A stretch of DNA of 64,000 nt, taken from the NCBI GenBank assembly GCA_017552965.1, contig JAFZNQ010000076.1:22035-86034 (forward strand), written 5' to 3'. The notes under the pieces were generated by a model that made no database searches, had not been told where the DNA came from, and saw nothing but the letters and a program-made list of their open reading frames with translations. The position numbers were made by a program, and so were the translations under genes. This stretch comes from Abditibacteriota bacterium. GTDB taxonomy: Bacteria; Armatimonadota; UBA5829. Numbering within the stretch: the stretch's first letter is position 1; each line of letters starts with the position of its first letter. Below are positions 35,579 through 43,277 of the stretch, piece after piece.

Positions 35579-37819
35579 TTATCCAGCAGAAAACTTTATC
35601 TTCATATATCTCAGGCTGTCTTCCATGATCTGCTTCCAGGCCGGCGCAGCCACCGTGGCTCCGTGGGTGCTGCCGTGGGGCTTCACCACCCATACGGCCA
35701 CCACCAGCTTCGGGTCATAGGCGGGGGCATAGCCCACAAAGGAAGCCATCCTGTCCGCGGTATAGACTATCTTGCCGGCGCTGTTTTCGGCCGTCATCTG
35801 GGCGCTGCCTGTCTTGCCGGCGCACTCCACGCCCTTGATCCTGGCATTTTTGCCTGTACCGTTCTCGACGCAGCCTATCAGGAGCTCCGTGACGATGCGG
35901 GAGGTCTCTTTGGAGATCACTCTCACCCCCGGATCGGGACTGTCGATCTCCCGGACCACTCCGCCGGCGTCCGTGTAGGTCTTCACAGGGGCGTGATCGC
36001 CGTCTTCTATGGCCTTGATCAGCTTCGGCCTGTAATACACTCCCCCGTTGGCTATGGCGCAGTAGCCTGCCGCCACGTTCAGGATGGTGGTGCTGGCGTG
36101 CTGTCCGAAGCTGACGGACCACAGGTCACGCCTGCCCCATCTGGAAGGCACGGTCCATATGCCCGGAGATTCGTTGCCTATCTCCGTGCTGGCCTTTTTG
36201 GTCAGGCCGAACTTGTCAAAATAGTCGTAGAGCACCGGGCCTGTGAGCCTTTCGCCGCAATAGGAAGCCCCCAGGTTGCAGGACTCCTGCAATATGATGC
36301 GGGGGGTCACGGCGCCGTGGCCGTGAGCATACTTGCCGGCATGCAGATCGCATTTCAGAGGAGGCTCGTTGCCCAGATATCTGTAGCCGGAGCAGCTGCC
36401 CACCACCTCGTCGGGGCCCAGGCCCTCGTTGATGGCTGCGGCCACCGTAAAGGCCTTCATGGTAGAGCCAGGCTCATAGGCGCTGACCGCCGCCAGGTTC
36501 TGATTCAGGAGGCTGTTGTAGCTCTTGCGGTTGTTGGGATCCCAGAAGGGATAGTTGGCCATAGCCAGTATCTCGCCATTGTGGGGATCCATCACCACCG
36601 CCATAGCCCTTTCGGGCGTAAAGTTCACAGCCACCTTTCTCAGAGCGTATTCGGCAAAAAACTGGATGTCCCTGTCGATGGTCAGGGTGATGTTCCAGCC
36701 GTCCTGTTTGGCGTGCATCTTTCTCTCCGAATCGGCCACGGGCTTGCCGTCCCAGAAGACGTTGGCCTCCATATAGCCGTCGGAGCCCCTGAGCTCCTTG
36801 TCATAAAACTGCTCGATGCCGCCCCGGAGAGTCTCCATACGCATCTGCTTGGTGGCGTTGGGATCCGAGTTCACGGCATCGTATTCGTAGGTGGTGGAGC
36901 CCACCAGTCCGGCACCCAGCTCCTTTTCGGGATACTCCCTCACGGTCCTCAGCTCGGGATTGATGCCTCTGATCTGCAGGCTCCTGACGGCATCGTAGAT
37001 CTTCATGGAACCGTGCTCCACCACGTAGCAGGTGTTCTTGGGACACTTGTCTATCTTGTCCTTCACCACGCTTTTGGGCTTGTTGACAGCCTTGGCCAGC
37101 AGTCCTATGGCTTCGTCGTCCGTATAGACCACGATCTCTTTTTTGTTGATATCCTTATCCACCAGCAGCCTCATCAGCAGGCTCTTCACAAAGCCCAGAT
37201 GAGCGTCGGAGGTGTCGTATTTGTCCTTGGTCTCGATGCGTCCCGGAGTGATCTCGTCTGCCTCCGCCAGCATTTCCCGCGCCAGCCCGGGAGTGACTTC
37301 TCCCTTTTGCCGCAGCTTTTCCGCTATATCCCTGACTATGCGCCGGGCAATGACCCTGTCGTCCCTCAGCTCGGGGTCGGAAAACCTTTTTTTCAGCTCG
37401 TCGGCGACTCTGCCGGCCGCCTCGTCGCTCCGGAGTATGAGAGCGGGATCGCTGTCCGCCACATAGGCCGCGATGGCCTGAGCGTTGCCGCCGGAGAGCA
37501 GCTGCTTCTTGGCGTCTCTCACCCTGATGTCCTTGATCACTTTGCGGGTCAGGATGTCGTCCAGCAGTATCTTCTCGGCCTTTTTGTTGAAGCCTATCCA
37601 GGCCGCGTCCTCATTCTTGACCAGAGGATAGCCGTTGCGGTCGTAGATGATGCCTCTCTGAGCCTTGTATTCAAAGGTCTTGGATTTTCTGGCCTCTTCC
37701 TGTCTGTAATGTCCCGCGTCGAATATGCTGACGCTGACCAGCCGGTAGATTATAAGCAATACGAACAGGCAAAGGATCGCCCCTGCCTGCTTGCACCGCG
37801 TCAGATTAGTCTTTGACAT
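35579..37819 (-). CDS. ftsI: class B penicillin-binding protein (FtsI-type transpeptidase) with enlarged N-terminal pedestal
   Basis: TM anchor. Transpeptidase motifs STMK (GSTMKAF), SCN and KTGS. dcw position after ftsL. About 230 residues separate DRNG and REYP. Confidence 0.9.
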   Translation of the reverse strand: MSKTNLTRCKQAGAILCLFVLLIIYRLVSVSIFDAGHYRQEEARKSKTFEYKAQRGIIYDRNGYPLVKNEDAAWIGFNKKAEKILLDDILTRKVIKDIRVRDAKKQLLSGGNAQAIAAYVADSDPALILRSDEAAGRVADELKKRFSDPELRDDRVIARRIVRDIAEKLRQKGEVTPGLAREMLAEADEITPGRIETKDKYDTSDAHLGFVKSLLMRLLVDKDINKKEIVVYTDDEAIGLLAKAVNKPKSVVKDKIDKCPKNTCYVVEHGSMKIYDAVRSLQIRGINPELRTVREYPEKELGAGLVGSTTYEYDAVNSDPNATKQMRMETLRGGIEQFYDKELRGSDGYMEANVFWDGKPVADSERKMHAKQDGWNITLTIDRDIQFFAEYALRKVAVNFTPERAMAVVMDPHNGEILAMANYPFWDPNNRKSYNSLLNQNLAAVSAYEPGSTMKAFTVAAAINEGLGPDEVVGSCSGYRYLGNEPPLKCDLHAGKYAHGHGAVTPRIILQESCNLGASYCGERLTGPVLYDYFDKFGLTKKASTEIGNESPGIWTVPSRWGRRDLWSVSFGQHASTTILNVAAGYCAIANGGVYYRPKLIKAIEDGDHAPVKTYTDAGGVVREIDSPDPGVRVISKETSRIVTELLIGCVENGTGKNARIKGVECAGKTGSAQMTAENSAGKIVYTADRMASFVGYAPAYDPKLVVAVWVVKPHGSTHGATVAAPAWKQIMEDSLRYMKIKFSAG

Positions 37820-38417
37820 TGGGGGCTTGCCCGGCGCCGGCCGAGCCGGACCCCAGCGGCTGATCCTTGTCTATGCGGATCTCGTAGGGGTTGGTGTTGG
37901 TCATGCCCAGAGAGGCCGCAAACTGCATCACAGTCTTGCGCGAATTGGCCTCGTTGAGGTCCGCATTCAGGGCGGCTATATTTTTCTCGCAGAGCCTGAT
38001 GCTGCGCTGAGTGGCGTCCACCTCTCTGTGCACGCTTTGGGTAATGCTTCTCAGCATGCTGTACACCACGCCTGTGACCACCACTCCGATGCCCACTATG
38101 AGGACGAGCTTGAGGAGCAGCCCTTTCACGTCCAGAGGCAGCCGGATGTGGCGGCGGGATCCGCTGGCCTCACCGTCTCCGTCGGAGCTTTTTTTGCTCG
38201 GGGTCAGCTCGGGAGTCACCGAAGAAGACCCGGAGTGGGAGCCGGTCTTGCGGGCAGTGGGATGAGCCGCGGCGCTGTAGCTGCTTTTGCGCAGCCACTG
38301 ATTGTTGAGCGCAGCGGGGACTCTGTGACTCTTGAGAGCGCCGGTCCCGTCCGTGTCGTAATAATCGGCGCTTCTGTATTCTTTCTCCGCCTCACCCTGT
38401 CTGTACTGGTTATTCAT
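37806..38417 (-). CDS. ftsL: FtsL-like cell-division protein with long N-terminal extension
   Basis: Single TM (LLLKLVLIVGIGVVVTGVVYSML) followed by a coiled-coil-like segment, and a position between rsmH and ftsI. There is no sequence-specific motif, so the call rests on context and topology. Confidence 0.55.
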   Translation of the reverse strand: MNNQYRQGEAEKEYRSADYYDTDGTGALKSHRVPAALNNQWLRKSSYSAAAHPTARKTGSHSGSSSVTPELTPSKKSSDGDGEASGSRRHIRLPLDVKGLLLKLVLIVGIGVVVTGVVYSMLRSITQSVHREVDATQRSIRLCEKNIAALNADLNEANSRKTVMQFAASLGMTNTNPYEIRIDKDQPLGSGSAGAGQAPNVKD

Positions 38418-39369
38418 GATAGCTCCTCGCTCTCTCGTTTTCTGTTTTGATCGCGCTTCTCAGCTTTGCGCTTCTGGACCGGGGGTTTGCCCGGATCTCT
38501 TCTTCCGACGGTATGATGGGTTTTTTGGTGAGCACCTTCAGTATATGCCGCGGCCTGCAGATGCACACCGGTATGTCCGGAGCGCAGATGCATCCCCCGG
38601 AGTCGTGGCGGAACAGGGTCTTGACTATCCTGTCCTCCAGACTGTGAAAGGATATCACCGATATGATGCCTCCCGGCGGCAGTATATCCACTGCCTGTTC
38701 CAGCGCGGACTCAATGTGCCTGAGCTCGCCGTTGACTGCGATACGCAGAGCCTGGAAGGTCCTGGTGGCGGGATGAATCCTGGAGCCCCTGCGGGCAAAG
38801 GACACGGCGCCCTCCACTATATCGGCCAGCTGCTTGGTACTCGTGACGGGAGACTCCTCCCTGGCCCTGACTATGGCCCGGGCTATCACCCTCGACAGCC
38901 GCTCTTCGCCGTATTTGTATATGATGTTCGCCAGCTCTTCCTCCGGCAAGTGGTTCACGTACCACTCGCAGGGCCTGTCTCCGGAATCGGGGCCGGACAT
39001 ACGCATGTCCAGATACTCGTCCCTCATGAAGCTGAAGCCCCGGGGAGCATCCAGCTGATGGCCCGACACCCCCAGATCAAAGAGGATCTTGCAGGGGACC
39101 GCGCCCAGGCCCTCCAGGACGCTTTTCAGCTCGCTGAAGTTGGCTCTCACCAGCCGCTTGTTGCTCCAGGCCGCCAGAGATCTGCCGCATTCGTCTATGG
39201 CTTCGGGATCCCTGTCAAGGCCTATGAGGAGCCCCTCGGGGATCCGCTTCAGGATCTCCCGGGAATGACCGCCCCCTCCCAGAGTAGCGTCAAGGACAGT
39301 GTCGTCGGGCTGCAGATCCAGCCCGTCCACCGCCTCTTTCAGGAGAACGCTCTCATGGTAAGCGCTCAT
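38410..39369 (-). CDS. rsmH: 16S rRNA (cytosine1402-N4)-methyltransferase
   Basis: MSAYHESVLLKEAVDGL start and DATLGGGGHS SAM motif. I chose the ATG at 39369; the track start at 39447 is an upstream extension overlapping mraZ. Confidence 0.95.
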   Translation of the reverse strand: MSAYHESVLLKEAVDGLDLQPDDTVLDATLGGGGHSREILKRIPEGLLIGLDRDPEAIDECGRSLAAWSNKRLVRANFSELKSVLEGLGAVPCKILFDLGVSGHQLDAPRGFSFMRDEYLDMRMSGPDSGDRPCEWYVNHLPEEELANIIYKYGEERLSRVIARAIVRAREESPVTSTKQLADIVEGAVSFARRGSRIHPATRTFQALRIAVNGELRHIESALEQAVDILPPGGIISVISFHSLEDRIVKTLFRHDSGGCICAPDIPVCICRPRHILKVLTKKPIIPSEEEIRANPRSRSAKLRSAIKTENERARSYHE

Positions 39370-39844
39370 TATTGCGATCGGACATAGCCCGGAAGAGCTG
39401 GTCGGCAGCCTCCGTGATGGCCTCCGGTGTCTCGTGCCTGGCTTCAAACTTGTCCAGCTCGGCAGGCGACCATATTTCCACGTAATTCCCGGCGCCTATC
39501 AGGATGGCAGACTTGTCTATCTTTGCATAGCGCCGCTGCTCAGGCGTCAGGGAGATGCGGTAGTTGTCCTTGTCCGCCTCCGGAGTCAGGGAGGTCATAC
39601 CGGAAAACAGCTGCCGCCGAAGGGTCCTGACGGTGGGGTCAAACATACCCTGTAGGGATCCGCGGGACATCTCCTCCAGATCCTTCTGTATATTCTCGGA
39701 CATGGTGGCGGTCACCATCCACAGACAGCCAATGCCCTTAAACACCACGCAGCTGTGCCCCAGCTCGTTTTTCAGGCTGGCCGGCAGACAGAATCTGCCG
39801 TTTTTGTCCACGCTGATATTGTACGTCCCGATAAGCTGTCCCAC
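39353..39844 (-). CDS. mraZ: transcriptional regulator MraZ (163 aa; GTG start inferred)
   Basis: Two MraZ half-domains (VDKNGRFCLPASLK and DNYRISLTPEQRRYAKI). There is no in-frame ATG before the conserved N-terminus. The GTG at 39844 gives M-GQLIGTYNISVD, which fits the usual MraZ N-terminus, and lies 9 nt after GGAG. The start is uncertain by a few codons. Confidence 0.8.
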   Translation of the reverse strand: MGQLIGTYNISVDKNGRFCLPASLKNELGHSCVVFKGIGCLWMVTATMSENIQKDLEEMSRGSLQGMFDPTVRTLRRQLFSGMTSLTPEADKDNYRISLTPEQRRYAKIDKSAILIGAGNYVEIWSPAELDKFEARHETPEAITEAADQLFRAMSDRNNERLP

Positions 39845-39917
39845 TGTTTTTGACTCCGATTTCCGTTTTTGCAGGCCGATTTCCACCTGCTTACACCATA
39901 ATTCAGTGCAAAATGCC

Positions 39918-39961
39918 GTGTTTTGCCCTGAAACACGGGGCAAAACACCACTTTTCACCAC
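39918..39961 (-). promoter_or_regulatory. mraZ leader elements: 11-bp perfect hairpin plus two GTGGTG boxes spaced 10 nt (candidate MraZ operator)
   Basis: Plus-strand arms GTGTTTTGCCC (39918-39928) and GGGCAAAACAC (39938-39948) with a 9-nt loop. CACCAC occurs at 39946-39951 and 39956-39961 (minus strand GTGGTG, the second inside AAAGTGG). Confidence 0.45.
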
Positions 39962-39972
39962 ACTACACTTAT

Positions 39973-40002
39973 ATTTTATCCTATCCGTAAAGGGCCTGTC
40001 AA
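39973..40002 (-). promoter_or_regulatory. candidate promoter of the dcw operon (Pmra)
   Basis: The minus strand reads a perfect TTGACA (40002-39997), an 18-nt spacer, then TAAAAT (39978-39973). It sits in an AT-rich intergenic region. Confidence 0.55.
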
Positions 40003-40108
40003 TAAAATTTCCCGATTTTTTCGTTGGAATATCGTATTATTTTTTTGTAATTTTGTGCCGTCTCGGCGGGGTCTCTCCCCCATGGGTCTCCGGGGCTGCG
40101 CCGGGGAG

Positions 40109-40137
40109 TTCAAAACAAGAGGATTTTGGTGTATAAT
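40109..40137 (+). promoter_or_regulatory. candidate promoter of homocysteine methyltransferase gene
   Basis: TTCAAA (40109-40114), a 17-nt spacer, then TATAAT (40132-40137). It lies 44 nt upstream of the ATG at 40181. Confidence 0.4.
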
Positions 40138-40180
40138 ATAGATGTATAATACTTTAGAATAATGACCGGGGGTATATCAT

Positions 40181-41080
40181 ATGTCCACATTGCTGACAGC
40201 ATTGAACGAAAAGAAGATCCTGACCGGCGACGGAGCCATGGGGACCATGCTCAGCGCCGCGGGCCTGACGGGCAAGTGTCCCGAGCTGTGGTGTCTGGAG
40301 GCTCCGGACAAGGTCAGGGCCATAGCGGAGGCCTACATAGAGGCGGGCAGCTATCTGGTGACCACCAACACCTTCGGGGGCACCGACATCAAGCTGAAGG
40401 AGTGCGACCCCGCTCTGGCCGAGAGGGCCGACGAGATCAACAGAGCGGCAGTGGTCCTGGCCAAAGAGGCGGCCGGGGACCGGGCTCTGGTGGGAGGCGA
40501 CATGGGCTCCACCGGCCATCTGGCCAAAGAAGAATACGGCGACATACCCGTGGACGACCTGTACGCATCCTTTTCCCGGCAGGCCCGGGTCCTGAAGGAA
40601 GCGGGGGCGGACTACATCATCATAGAGACCATGACCTCCGTCATGGAAGCCGAGGCTGCCATAAGGGCTGCCAAGGAAACGGGGCTGACCGTGATCTGCA
40701 CCTTTGCCTTTGACCTCAACAAGAGGGGCCAGTTCCGCACCTTTATGGGAGTAGGCCCGGAGATGGCGGCCCAGGCCTCCGTGGACGCGGGAGCGGACAT
40801 AGTGGGCGCCAACTGCGGCAAGGACACCACCATAGAGCACATGGCAGAGATCACGGGGCTCATCAGACAGGTCACGGACAAGCCTGTGATCATCAACTCC
40901 AACGCGGGAGCGCCCATACTGGACAACGGGCAGATCACCTACAACGAGACTCCCGAAAAGATGGCCTCCTTCGTCCCGGCCCTCATCGAGGCCGGCGCCT
41001 CCATCATAGGCGGCTGCTGCGGCACTACCCCGGCCCACATCAAGGCCATAGCCGAAGCCATTCGCAAATATCAGGCCTGA
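40181..41080 (+). CDS. homocysteine S-methyltransferase-domain protein (stand-alone MetH N-terminal-like module)
   Basis: Zinc-ligand Cys pattern: GANCG and GGCCGTTPAHI. The N-terminal GDGAMGT motif is present. 299 aa. Confidence 0.8.
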   Translation: MSTLLTALNEKKILTGDGAMGTMLSAAGLTGKCPELWCLEAPDKVRAIAEAYIEAGSYLVTTNTFGGTDIKLKECDPALAERADEINRAAVVLAKEAAGDRALVGGDMGSTGHLAKEEYGDIPVDDLYASFSRQARVLKEAGADYIIIETMTSVMEAEAAIRAAKETGLTVICTFAFDLNKRGQFRTFMGVGPEMAAQASVDAGADIVGANCGKDTTIEHMAEITGLIRQVTDKPVIINSNAGAPILDNGQITYNETPEKMASFVPALIEAGASIIGGCCGTTPAHIKAIAEAIRKYQA

Positions 41081-41083
41081 CCC

Positions 41084-41123
41084 AAAAAAAGAGCGCCGGA
41101 GAGATGTTTCTCTCCGGCGTTTG
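41084..41123. terminator. bidirectional terminator between convergent genes
   Basis: A7, then a perfect 10-bp stem CGCCGGAGAG / CTCTCCGGCG (41094-41103 / 41110-41119), then TTTGTCG. Confidence 0.7.
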
Positions 41124-41206
41124 TCGTCATTAGAGCCTTTCAAAGCAGGCGCCGTGGCCGCCGTAAGAGCCCGTGATGAGAGCAGTTTGTTGTCAGCTGT
41201 CTCCCT

Positions 41207-43276
41207 CTACATATCGCAGAGCAGCTCAAAGCCGCATACGTTGATCTCCTCTCCCCGGCTCCTGGAGCATTTGGTCCCCGCCGGCTCCAGAGTCAGGATA
41301 TGCTCCCCGACGCTGTCGGAGTCAAAGTCCCGGAACAGGGCTATGTCGTTGGACTCGTTGAAGAAATCTATCTCTCCCTTTACCTCTCCGTCCAGAAGGA
41401 CTCTGGCTATGCCTCCGACATGCCTGCCGTGATAGCGGACCCTTACGCCCCTGCCTTTGAACCGGTAGGTGCAGCGGGCCTCCCTGTCCTCCGAGGCGGC
41501 AAAGGATTCCAGCCTTCTCCACGCTCCCTCAAAGTCGGCCAGCCGATAGGTGGCAAGGCTTATATCCGCCTCGGGGTCCATATACAGGAAGTATTCCTCG
41601 TTTTCCTTATACATATAGAAGGGCTTCATGACTATGTCATGGTTGTCCCGGCGCCGCCAGGTGAGCTCTTCGCAGGGCATGGGCTCAAAGTCCTCGGCTA
41701 TCTTGTCCGGCTCCACAAAGAGGGCCGGGTTCACGTCGGCGCCGCCCCGGAAGGCCATGGCCATAGGTCCGTAGGTCACGGCCCAGGGCAGGCTCTCGTC
41801 ATCAAAGAGATAGTTGACCCTGAACTCCATGGGCAGGTCGATCTCCACCTCGTCGCCCTTTTGCCAGCTGCGGCTGAGGACGCCCCAGCCCAGCTCCTTT
41901 TTGTAGGAGACCTTTTGGCCGTTGACCCGGACCACGGGCTCCGACGCCGCCCACCCGGGTATGCGGAACTTCAGAGCGAACTCGCAGTCTGCATCCACGG
42001 TCACTTTCGCCTTGGGCTCTGTGGGGAAGGCGCTCTTTTTCTGGCTTACGGACACCCTTTGGCCCTTCACCGTCAGCTCTGCCTCCGAAGCAAAATACTG
42101 GGCCACGTATACGCTGTCCTCGTCGGTGAAATACAGGAGATCCTTGTATTCGCACACAGCCTGAGGTCTGGTGCCTGTGCAGCAGGGCCAAGGCGAGGCG
42201 TGGTAGTGCCGCTTGTGGGCGCCGCAGGTCTTGTATTCCGAATGATAGAACACCCGTCCCTCTCCCGTGTTGGGCAGGGAGGCGCCGATGCAGTTCAGTA
42301 TCAGCCGCTCCACCCAGTCGGAATACCGGGCCTCGCCGGTGAAGCAGGTAAGGTATTTGGAGAGCTTGAAGCCCGCCCAGCTGCCGCACTGGGTCTCAAA
42401 ATGGTGGCTGGCATGCTTCAGCTGGTCCGCCACCACGCTGCGGGGAGCCATATTTTCTCCGGAGCCGTAGCCGCCGGTGACGTAGCACTGCTCGTTCTGC
42501 AGGAACTCGTAGGCGGCCTTCAGTATATCCACGTATATTTCGCTGCCGGTCACTATATAGGCCATGCCTGCGCCGCTGAAGGTGTTCACGTGGCTGTAGG
42601 CGTGATGCCAGGGAGACTTTTTGTACATATTCTCATAGTCCCGGTTCAGTATCTCGTTCCAGTACTCGGAGTATTCCCACTTGGAGGCGTACATTTTATA
42701 CCTTTCGTCTCCGGACACCATATAGGCCTTGTACAGATTCTCGGACTGGGTGTACCACTCCCCTGTATCCTGCCCCACGGTGTCGCAGTATTTTCTGGTC
42801 TCGGGCACGTGCTTTTCTTCCCAGTCGGTGATACGGGCGAGATAGTCCATGGCCCGCTCCTCGCCGCACAGGTTGGCTATATCCACCAGCCCGCACACCA
42901 GCTTGTCGTAGTAGTAGCAGGAGAGGAAGGGCTTCCGGGTATCGAAGAAGAAGCCGTCCTCCTCGATGGTCTTGCCCCACTCGTCCATGAGATACACTGC
43001 CTTTTCTCTGTATTTTTCCTCGCCGGTGGCCTTGTAAAATCTGGCGTAGGCGGACAGGTACTGCCCGAAGGGGGAATGGCTCACGTAGACCCCTCCCATG
43101 GGCTTGCCGGGGGCGGGCAGGCCCCTGCACAGCCGGTAGGGCTTCAGCAGGTCGTCGTTGGGTATGCTGTAATAAAAGCGGAGCACGCTGTCCAGCTGGC
43201 GCCCCAGCTCGCCGTAAAGCGTGGTGTTCTCAAGCCCCGCGGGCCTGAGCCTGGCATTCTCAAAAAAGTCTGTCAT
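41207..43276 (-). CDS. GH127-like (DUF1680, beta-L-arabinofuranosidase-like) protein, paralogue 1, no signal peptide
   Basis: (alpha/alpha)6-like N-terminal region, FETQCGSWAGFK and WPCCTGTR motifs (E/C ... CC, as in the GH127 Zn/Cys site as I recall it), and a C-terminal jelly-roll-like domain (VRVRYHG...VLLDGEVKGEIDF). The N-terminus MTDFFENARL is not hydrophobic. Confidence 0.65.
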   Translation of the reverse strand: MTDFFENARLRPAGLENTTLYGELGRQLDSVLRFYYSIPNDDLLKPYRLCRGLPAPGKPMGGVYVSHSPFGQYLSAYARFYKATGEEKYREKAVYLMDEWGKTIEEDGFFFDTRKPFLSCYYYDKLVCGLVDIANLCGEERAMDYLARITDWEEKHVPETRKYCDTVGQDTGEWYTQSENLYKAYMVSGDERYKMYASKWEYSEYWNEILNRDYENMYKKSPWHHAYSHVNTFSGAGMAYIVTGSEIYVDILKAAYEFLQNEQCYVTGGYGSGENMAPRSVVADQLKHASHHFETQCGSWAGFKLSKYLTCFTGEARYSDWVERLILNCIGASLPNTGEGRVFYHSEYKTCGAHKRHYHASPWPCCTGTRPQAVCEYKDLLYFTDEDSVYVAQYFASEAELTVKGQRVSVSQKKSAFPTEPKAKVTVDADCEFALKFRIPGWAASEPVVRVNGQKVSYKKELGWGVLSRSWQKGDEVEIDLPMEFRVNYLFDDESLPWAVTYGPMAMAFRGGADVNPALFVEPDKIAEDFEPMPCEELTWRRRDNHDIVMKPFYMYKENEEYFLYMDPEADISLATYRLADFEGAWRRLESFAASEDREARCTYRFKGRGVRVRYHGRHVGGIARVLLDGEVKGEIDFFNESNDIALFRDFDSDSVGEHILTLEPAGTKCSRSRGEEINVCGFELLCDM

Positions 43277-43277
43277 G

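Noticed and set aside
39845-39961. Upstream 39 codons of the mraZ ORF (track start 39961)
   Set aside because: The conserved MraZ N-terminus begins at LIGTYN. The upstream part contains the hairpin and GTGGTG boxes and lies only about 12 nt from the -10. I therefore treat it as leader, though a GTG start at 39961 cannot be formally excluded.
40003-40180. SAM or B12 riboswitch upstream of the homocysteine methyltransferase gene
   Set aside because: The likely promoter (40109-40137) leaves only a leader of about 40 nt. I see no SAM-I core and no B12 box (GCCACTG). The GC-rich segment at 40055-40110 shows only short repeats (GGGTCTC twice, CCCATGGG palindrome).
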